Below are positions 48,531 to 57,250 of a stretch of 57,250 bases of DNA, in pieces. The notes under the pieces were generated by a model that saw only the letters and a list, made by a program, of their open reading frames with translations, ran no database searches and had not been told where the DNA came from. The stretch's first letter is position 1. Each line of letters begins with the position of its first letter. The position numbers were made by a program, and so were the translations under genes. The stretch covers positions 1,189,241 to 1,246,490 of the forward strand of contig NC_068984.1 in assembly GCF_001194135.2 (NCBI RefSeq). The letters are read 5' to 3'. This DNA is from Octopus bimaculoides (lineage: Eukaryota).

Positions 48531-49092
48531 GTTGACCTAGATGCTTAATGTTAAATTTCCCCTACTACATTATGAATTGGTCTGATAGTAGTAAAAAAAA
48601 ACCAACCTAAAATTGTGTTGCCACTATAACCAGAGGAATCTTTATAACCATATCCATGTATAATGTTTACCCCCTCCTTTCCTTATAGGAAAAAGGCTGG
48701 CTGCTCCCTTAAACTTTAAATCACTAGATAAAAAAACAAATAAAATCAGGGACAGTTAAAATTCTGCCTAAAATTAATTACTAGCCTGCTAGCCTTGGCT
48801 ATGTCAAGACGGTTGTTTTGTATTCTTCTTTCCCACTTGGATTGTTTAAATGTTGTCACAACAGAAATATGTCCATTCTGCTGAAATGAAATTTCAGTAA
48901 ATTTTCTGTAGCCTTGTGCAGCTGAAGATTGCTCTGCATTTTACATTTAATGTAATGCTTGCATTACTTAAATAAATGGAGTTGCAGGAAACGTGCGTAC
49001 TGCAATAACCTTGAAAATCCGTGTTGCTTTTATATATATATATATACACACACGACGAGCTTCTTTCAGTTTCCATCTACCANNNNNNNNNN

Positions 49093-49270
49093 TATATATA
49101 TACACACACGACGAGCTTCTTTCAGTTTCCATCTACCAAATCCACTCACAAGACTTTGGTCAGCCTGAGGCTATAGTAAAAGATACTTACCCAAGGTGCC
49201 ACACAGTGGGACTGAACACAGAACCATATGGATGGGAAGCAAGCTTCTTACCACACAGCAATGCCCGCAT
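49093..49270 (-). mobile_element. SINE family A head
   Basis: ACGAGCTTCTTTCAGTTTCCATCTACCAAATCCACTCACAAG...GCAAGCTTCTTACCACACAGC. Confidence 0.88.
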
Positions 49271-49741
49271 CTAATATTGGTAATTTCTATGAATAATCAC
49301 CAAAGAACAAAGTCAGAATGGATGAATTCTTAAGCAACATGTGTTCAGAGTCTCATACAATTCTCCCCAAAGTGTGGTTCACCTTGAACATTGCAGAGGT
49401 CGTTTACAAAACATGTTTACATTAAACTTCTTCACCGAGAAACAGGTTCGCATTTAGTATTCTTGTAATATTTGTTTCTAGAACACACTGTACTTCTTCA
49501 AATGCTAAACTCTAAAGAATTTACCAATTTTACTGTCAACTGGTTCACAGCACCAAAGATTTATTATGACTTGCTGGGCTGGAAGTCTATTAACAGTTTC
49601 GGTCATTTGAATATTTAGTCGACACTCTGTGTGTGTCTGTGTGTCTGTGTGTCTGTGTGTACATGCATATAATATACACATGTATGTATAAGCATATGTA
49701 TTCTTATACACATACATATACACACACACACACACATATAC

Positions 49742-49791
<50 letters not shown>

Positions 49792-49793
49792 AT

Positions 49794-50125
49794 ATGGTTC
49801 TGGGTTCAGTCCCACTGCATGGCACCTTGGCTGAGTAACTTCTACTATAGCCTCAGGCTGACCAAAGCCTTGTGAGTGGATTTGGCAGACGGAAACTGAA
49901 AGAAGCCCATCATGTAGATGTGTGCGTGTGTGTCTGTGTTTGTCCCCCACCACCACTTGACAAGCAGTGTTGGTATGTGAACATATCCACAACTTAGTGG
50001 TTCAGTAAAAGAGACTGATAGAAGTACCAGGCTTTGAAAAAAAGAGAAGTCCTAGGGTTCAACAAAAAACCCTTCAAGACAGTGCCCCAGCATGGCCACA
50101 GTCAAATAACTGAAACAAGTAAAAA
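49794..50125 (+). mobile_element. SINE family A, 5'-clipped, with internal (TG)n
   Basis: ATGGTTCTGGGTTCAGTCCCACTG...CCCCAGCATGGCCACAGTCAAATAACTGAAACAAGTAAA. Confidence 0.88.
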
Positions 50126-50954
50126 ATATATGTATGTATACACACACACAAACATATATACACACACATACATATATATATACACACACACTTATACACA
50201 CACACACATATATATATACACACACATATATATTTACACAAATATATATACACACACACATATTTACACAAACAATATACACATATACATTTACACACAC
50301 ATACATAAGTGTGTGCATGTGTGCACATACGAATAAAAGCAACTTCTTCCTCTGTTTCCAGACGTTACCTCTATGCATTTCTACATTCACTGCTTCAATA
50401 AGCAAAACACATTCAAATAAGCATATATTAACACTCTATATGAATATGTCTAAACTAATGTCACCTTTAATCTATCTCTTTTCTCACACCTATCTTCCAA
50501 ACTGAAAATATCAATAAAAACTAAGTAACATTATTTCACACAACACACTACCTCTGGATACTCTGCCGTATAACACACATTAACCCCTAAACTGCAGACA
50601 TACATTTGCAGAGATCACAGGTAAAAAAACAAAAAAAGTGTGTATTTTTCACAACCTATTAGAATTATTTCTTGGACTTTACCCTAGTTAATATGCCAGA
50701 CTTAACAACAATCTATCTGCTGAAATTATTTTTTTCTCAATAAAGAATTTTCAATCTTATATTTTCCACCATTTTTTTCATTGTACTTATGTCAGCTACT
50801 TTCCTTCTGCAGTCGAGCAGTAGGATTCAAAGCAAAGATCAGCTGAAACCCTCCTTTTTCTCCCTATAAAATAAATAAACAAATGGAATACACGTAGCTT
50901 AAGAGGAATTTTAACTAACTGTGTACAGATATCTAGATGTGTATGTAAACATGT

Positions 50955-51012
<58 letters not shown>

Positions 51013-52114
51013 TACACCTAATGCACAATATAATTAGTTATATACATAACTAACCGTTATATTTGTACATCTAATGCAACACATGATTAGAAATAGTGTG
51101 TGTGAGAGAGAGAGAGAGAGATGCACTTAACTTGCTAAAAGAGAATATTATCCGATATGGAAACAAAGTCTGCTGATGTTTCAACACTAAAAGAAAATGG
51201 AACCATTGTCACAAGATATGAAAGGAAAAGAAAATATAATTACTGAGAACTAAAGCTCATTAGGCATTGAAGAGTATGAAGGGATTAGCCCTGTTTTCTT
51301 TGTTCATTGGTAAACTGAAAGGGTGACCCAGTCATTTTAGAAGCGTTCAGCAAAAGGAATTCATCTGACATAATCTCTTTTTTGATCTCTCTGCATTCTC
51401 AGCCAGAAAAAACTCTGGGTCTCGTAGTGCAGTTTCTTTATTTACTCATGAGAAAAACACATTAAAAACAATTAAATCTATAAAATATGGAAATAGAAGA
51501 ACACTTGCTAGACTAAGAGTAATCATAGAGCAAATAACTTGGATAGCAACCAAATTCTTAACAAAGGCTGAAAACCAAGGCTGGAAAAAAAAAACAAAAA
51601 CAAAGAAAAACCAAAACACAACCCATTCTCATTTCTCTTCCGTTGGTTTCTTAAACAAGTTTGTAGCATTAAGACAATAAATAAATGAAAAGGTTATAAT
51701 TAAAGCTACTCCCTTGGTGCTTCACAGTTACTGATATCTGTCAGCGATAAGAGAAATAGATTCACCACTGAAAAAGCAGGGGAAATGATGTTTGCATCCT
51801 TCTGGTGAAATGGTCCTGCCACAACTGTCACACATGCATTTCACATCTTCATCATTTTAACATCTGCTTTTTCAATGCTTGCCTGGGTCAGACAGAGTTT
51901 AATGGAAGCAGATTTTCTCAGGTCAGACGTCCTTCTTGCCAACCCTCACCTGATTCCAAGCAAGTTAATATTTCCCACCCAACCCCCATAGCCAGAGGTT
52001 TTTTTTTTTTTAGCAGAGTATTGGAAATGAATAACACTGCTTGTATCACAGTAGCACTCATTTACAACTGCCATGTAATGTCAAGACAAGGAGGCACAGA
52101 CACACACACACACA

Positions 52115-52153
<39 letters not shown>

Positions 52154-52924
52154 CCTAAATACTAATATTGAGAAATTAAGTTTCTCAAAACCAGAAAGGA
52201 GAAAGCTGATTCAAAGAATACAGATTCAATCCATTAGTGGAACTGTAAAAATCTGCAAAACTTTCCAGAAGTTTATCATCTAGATATATATGAGCAAGTC
52301 TAGATATGTAGTTATATGCATAAAAATACATACATAAAACATACATACATACATACATACATACAAACAAACAAAAATACCCTGTTGTTGATGTTGAAAT
52401 TCCAATGAAGGAGCCTTGGATCTAGGTTAGAAACCGGTTCTTTCTCTATTGGCAAGAAATCTTGAAATAACTGAATAATCACACACACACACACACACAC
52501 TTTTATGTCAAACCTTGTGCGCTGTGGGTGCTGCTGTACTCAATCTCTGAATGCAAGAGTTGATGCCTGATCAGTCAGGTGAGGAAGTTCTATGGGTGTT
52601 TGAGTCTCTTCCATTGCAACAGCAGAGCCACCCAGAGCCACCCTTCAGGGTAAACATCAAAGCTTCCACACAACATCACCAGCTTTGTTGAATCAGATGT
52701 TGCAACTCTGGGCCAGATGTTTCTACCCAGCTCAAAGCTTGTTCTTGCTGCACCACTCATGTGTGTGATAGGAGAGCAGTTGTGTCTCCTTGTGTTTGAC
52801 ATCACATGTTAATTGTAAACATGTAATGTCATTCCTTTGCCATTTTCTGTGAGAATATATCCAACCATCACGTTGTCTGGAATGAGTGAGGTTTTGACCC
52901 ATGCAAGCAAAGAAAGAAAAGTGA

Positions 52925-53065
52925 CATCTTTCAGTTTCCTTCAACCAAGTTCATTCACAAGGCTTTGATTGGACCAGGGCTTTAGTAGAAAATACTTGTG
53001 CAAGGTGCCACACAATGGGACTACACCCAAAGTCACATGGCTGAGAAGTGAACTTCTTAACTATG
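52925..53065 (-). mobile_element. SINE family A head, degenerate
   Basis: TCTTTCAGTTTCC...TCACAAGGCTTTGATTGGACC...CAAGGTGCCACACAATGGGAC. Confidence 0.75.
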
Positions 53066-53324
53066 TCAACATCTACACATTCACATTTCTATAGAGACAT
53101 TGCTAAGATGGCTTCCAAATGAATATTTAAGGCTTTTAATAAAAAGACACCTTGTTGTAAGAAGTACCCTCTCAGAAAACCCTTTCTATTCAGACTGGGA
53201 AATGGGTGTGGAACAGAAGCAAAGAGAAATTGTATTAATTCCTTTGTCTTGTGACAGAAGAAGGTTCCATGCTCTCTGGACAATACTGTTTACCATTAAA
53301 CACAACACTATATAAGTAGTGGTT

Positions 53325-53535
53325 TCAAATTTTGGCACAAGGCCAGCAACTTTTAGGGGCCAGGGAAGTCGGTTACCTCAGCCCCAGTGTTCAACTGATA
53401 CTTTTTTAATCGACCTCAAAAGGACAAAAGGAGAGATAAATCTCAGTGGAATTTGAACTCAGAACATAAAAAGACAGATGAAATGCTGTTAAGCATTTAG
53501 GCCACATTGCAAGGGATTCTGCCAGCTCACCCCCT
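53325..53535 (-). mobile_element. SINE family C, degenerate
   Basis: GGCACAAGGCC...AATCGACCTCAAAAGGACAAAAGG...ATTTGAACTCAGAAC...TGCCAGCTCACCCC. Confidence 0.75.
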
Positions 53536-53619
53536 TGACACTATATAAATGCTGCCCCCTCACCACCTTGCATTAACCCACCTCCCTCGATATCAATCTC
53601 CCTGACTCAGTTGAGGGGG

Positions 53620-53830
53620 TCTTGTTTTGCAAGTTACTCACTGATCTTGCAGGTGCTGATGCCACATAAAAAGCACTCGGTACATTCTGTAAAGTGGTCA
53701 GCATTCGGAAGAGCATCCAAGCATGGAAACCATGCTAAAGCAGTCATCGGGGCTTGGCCAAGTCCTCTGACTCTTCAGCTCTTTTCAAACTGTCCAGCCC
53801 AAGCCAACATGGAAAACAGATGTTAAATAA
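53620..53830 (+). mobile_element. RTE 3'UTR fragment
   Basis: GCCACATAAAAAGCAC...ATTCGGAAGAGCATCC...CATGGAAAACAGATGTTAAATAATGATGG. Confidence 0.72.
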
Positions 53831-54309
53831 TGATGGTGGTGGTGGTGGTGGAAGTAACAGTTATGATGATGATGAATGTGGTGATGACGATAATGATGAT
53901 GATTATGATTATCATTGGTAAGATGAAATATAAATGACCTAACAGCTAAGCTGGGGGGGGGGGGCACGGGGGGAGGAAACACTTGGCAGTAACCAAAAGT
54001 GTCAATGTCTTTAGCAAAAGAATAAAGCATCAATTTGGTCCTCAGCCAACCTGAAACACTGCCTTGGTTGTTACAACGGCAAATAATGGACTTCCAGAGG
54101 GAATTGTCAAGAGATCTGTTCAATAAGTTTTAGGAGTTGACCCCTTCACAGAGCCCAAACTTGCTGCAGTTGACCTGTTAACAATATGGACATCCGACAG
54201 TAACATCTGTGGTTCCAGTTCTATGCAAATTTCCAAATCTACATCGATTCATCCATGGAAGCTTGGAAACAATGAATGGCAGCAAATGCAATCATAATAA
54301 TAATTTGGT

Positions 54310-54633
54310 TTGGACTCCTTTCAGTCATGAATGACCATGGGACTGCGACCAGTAAGTTACGCTCTGAGGCACAAGTCTGGGAAAGGCTGTTTATGGAAGA
54401 CCAGCATTCGCCCATGCATACCGGCCTCCCCTCTCCACGCCACCAATGTTATCCAAGGAAAAGGCAAAGGGGCCGATACAGCTTGGTACAACTCATTTCT
54501 ACAGATGAGTAAACTGGAGCAATGTGAGATAAAGTGCCTTGCTCAAGAACACAACACACAACCTGGTCCTGGAATCAAACTCACTACCTCATAATTGTGC
54601 GCCCAACACCCTAACCACTGAGCCATGCACCTT
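54310..54633 (-). mobile_element. SINE family B
   Basis: Reverse-complement homology to 2501-2895 (TTTATGGAAGACCAGC, TTATCCAAGGAAAAGGCAAAGGGG, CTAACCACTGAGCCATG). Confidence 0.88.
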
Positions 54634-55445
54634 CACAATAACAATAGTAAAAATCTTTTCTACCAAAGGTACAAGGCCTAACATTTGTGGGGAAGGGACT
54701 AAAGATCTGAAAAGATGGAGAGAGGAAAGAGACACAAAACCCAGATTAGTGCAGCTGCAGAAAATTGTGTTATTAGGGACAACTAAGTTACTTAGGAGGG
54801 TTCTCAGCAACTAAGGTTACTTGTTGTAGCCTAATGTTAGGAATTTTTCTTTTCCAATGGCCTAATCTGTTGTGTGTATATGAAATAATAATTCATCATG
54901 ATACAGTATGAAACAAACCTTTCAGTGGGGATGGGGGTGGTGGAGGGTTACAGTTAATAGAACTGAGCCCAGAATATTACTGGTATCTTTTTTGTTGCCA
55001 TTTCCTGCCCACCATCACAGAAGATAAAAGGGCTCACTCATGAAACTAAGGATGGACTGAACTCCAAACAAAGAATATTGGGCAGAACAGCTTTTATAGA
55101 ACTGATGCTATTAACTGCACAAAACCAACAACCTCCAGATCAAACAACAACAACAAAACTGTAAAGCAAAAACAAATTGTTAGAAGAAAAGAGAAATGGT
55201 TAACAGTTTCAACAGAAGTCATTTTTAGTCAGGCTGTAATATAGATTCTAGAAAAACCAGTTCTACCATTAATATGGGGAAAAGTGAATGAGTGAAACAG
55301 GAATGAGACAGAAGATAAGAAGAAGGGAAGTAGATTTTTTTTAGAGACATACAGATTGTATGAAGAGACTGGATGGAGCTACAGAAAGACAGATATATGT
55401 ACAGAGAGAGAGAGAGAGGTGGGAGAGCGAGAGGATGTGTATATA

Positions 55446-55494
<49 letters not shown>

Positions 55495-55830
55495 AAGAAA
55501 GGAAATGTGTGAGAGAGAAAGAAAGAGGAAGAGAGTGTGTGAGAGTGAGAGGGTGTTTGTTGTATGCTCTTTGGCTTTAAAGTGTTTGTCTGGAGTTAAG
55601 TGTGTGTGNNNNNNNNNNGGGGGGGGGGGGTAGGCAGAAAATGATGCATTAATGGCACTAATGTTGGAGCGAAACAGTTGGAATTGGTAGGAAGCAGCAC
55701 AATATGGTTATTATAGGGTGGAGAAACATTGGAAAAATAGAGTGGAGTCGTCTTGGACTGTCAATACCATATCTAAAAACAGAGCAGCATCACTGTTAAC
55801 AACGAAAAACAAATAATAAAGTAGCATTAT

Positions 55831-55852
55831 ATATACACATACATATATATAT

Positions 55853-55904
<52 letters not shown>

Positions 55905-55909
55905 GTATA

Positions 55910-56005
<96 letters not shown>
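55831..56005. repeat. Long (TA)n/(TACA) microsatellite
   Basis: Directly visible. Confidence 0.97.
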
Positions 56006-56260
56006 GATAACAACAAGTTATAAGATGATATTCAGAAAAAGAAAAACAAAACAATCATAGATTATTGAATAAAATATCAAGAGGAAGAAGATGAGAGAAA
56101 TAAAAGAATTTAGGGTTTGGATTAGAATTAACAGGGGCCGGGTACAGGATGGAGGAGTTGAAGGTGGAATCAGTTTTGAATTGCAGTTTAGGGTAAAGTT
56201 TAAGGTCAGGGTTAAATAATAAAGAGAAGGAAAAGGCATGAGGAACTGTGTTCACATGTT

Positions 56261-56662
56261 CTTTTATTCTTCTATTCTTTTTTCTTGTTTCAGTCATTTG
56301 ACTGTGGCCATGCTGGAGCACCGCTTTTAGTCAAACATATCGACCCATGACTTATTCTTTGTAAGCCTAATACTTATTCTATCAGTCTTGTTTGCCATAG
56401 CACAAAGTTACAGGAATGTAAAAACGCCAACATGGGTTGTCAAGCGATGGGGGAACAGACAGACAGACAGACACACACATACACACACACACATATACAC
56501 GATGGGCTTCTTACATTTTCTGTCTACCAAATCCACTCATAAGGCTTTGGTCGGCCCAAGGCTATTGTAGAAGACACTTGCTCATGGTGTCATGCAGTGG
56601 GACTGAACCTGGAACAATGTGGTTGGGAAGCAAGCTTCTTACCACACAGCCATGGCTGCGCC
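56261..56662 (-). mobile_element. SINE family A, full length, with internal (GACA)/(CA)n
   Basis: Reverse complement of 12520-12940, including both head and tail. Confidence 0.92.
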
Positions 56663-57010
56663 TATACAGAAATGGATTGATAATCCATAAAAATTGTGCG
56701 GGTTAATATCTTAATCATGGATAAACCAAAACAATCAATTGTTAATCCTGTTTTTGTCTGATTAAGCAAATCTTAAACACTGCGGCTAAAGACTACGAAA
56801 ACCAAAGGAATCAGAACTGCAAAAGATTGTTCTCATGGGCCCAGCCCATATCCTTATTAAAACAGTGTCAACCTGAGAATATCTGAATCTTTTAAACTCC
56901 TTCAAAACTAAAAATATTACAAACATAAAAGAAACCTAATTCTCAGAATCTGGTTTTCTTCCCACGCAATCTATCGTTGGCAACCATAACACCCTTAATA
57001 CCACTACCAA

Positions 57011-57250
57011 TCATCATCATCATCATCATCGTTTAACGTCCGCTTTCCATGCTAGCATGGGTTGGACGATTTGACTGAGGACTGGTGAAACCGGATGGCA
57101 ACACCAGGCTCCAGTCCGATTTGGCAGAGTTTCTACAGCTGGATGCCCTTCCTAACGCCAACCACTCAGAGAGTGTAGTGGGTGCTTTTACGTGTCACCC
57201 GCACGAAAACGGCCACGCTCGAAATGGTGTCTTTTATGTGCCACCCGCAC
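57011..57250 (-). mobile_element. RTE LINE 3' end with (GAT)n tail, runs off the window
   Basis: (CAT)n-CGTTTAACGTCCGCTTTCCATGCTAGCATGGG..., near-identical to 29658 and 30018. Confidence 0.92.

Noticed and set aside
49030-49140. Short duplicated SINE segment around a 10-N gap
   Set aside because: Same gap-overlap artefact.
50461-50495. 37-nt exon-like unit on the minus strand (TTTTCAG ... AAG|GTGACA)
   Set aside because: Contains TAA in the frame required to join the 65-nt SNX14 exon.
52380-52910. Repeat-like segments between CATA/CA microsatellites
   Set aside because: Only single copies in the window; no TIR, box or ORF evidence to classify them.
55740-55800. DAALFLDM peptide after an AG as a candidate for the missing SNX14 micro-exon
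   Set aside because: Phase does not fit and there is no suitable donor.
1-57250. CRISPR arrays, operons, prophage or rRNA
   Set aside because: No regularly spaced repeat-spacer array, no dense long ORFs and no rRNA-like sequence; the window is intron-rich eukaryotic DNA.

Overview
Eukaryotic, AT-rich, gap-containing animal genomic DNA. The repeat repertoire (tRNA-derived SINEs, RTE LINE tails ending in (GAT)n, dense microsatellites) resembles an octopus genome; this species assignment is inference from recalled repeat families. The only well-supported host gene is the 3' end of a sorting nexin 14-like gene (SNX14, Nexin_C domain) on the minus strand. It has three phase-compatible coding exons (40081-40017, 22091-22000, 18950-18852) separated by 17.9-kb and 3.0-kb introns, and the next upstream exon is not visible in the window. 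The rest is mostly mobile DNA: an L1/Tx1 endonuclease fragment, CR1-like and many RTE LINE fragments, two families of restriction-like-endonuclease (R4/Dong-like) retroelements in (AAT)n tracts, a Penelope-like remnant with an inverted partial copy, DD34D mariner, DD37D (maT)-like and Chapaev3-like DNA transposons, and three SINE families. Most ORFs in the supplied track are microsatellite or gap artefacts. Best leads: (1) an (AAT)n 'landing pad' stacked with four retroelements right at an SNX14 splice acceptor; (2) a candidate spliced antisense small-ORF transcript inside the SNX14 intron; (3) a 233-bp near-perfect palindrome; (4) a hammerhead-ribozyme-like motif. No prokaryotic or CRISPR system is present. 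No database searches or folding were run; family names rest on recalled motifs.
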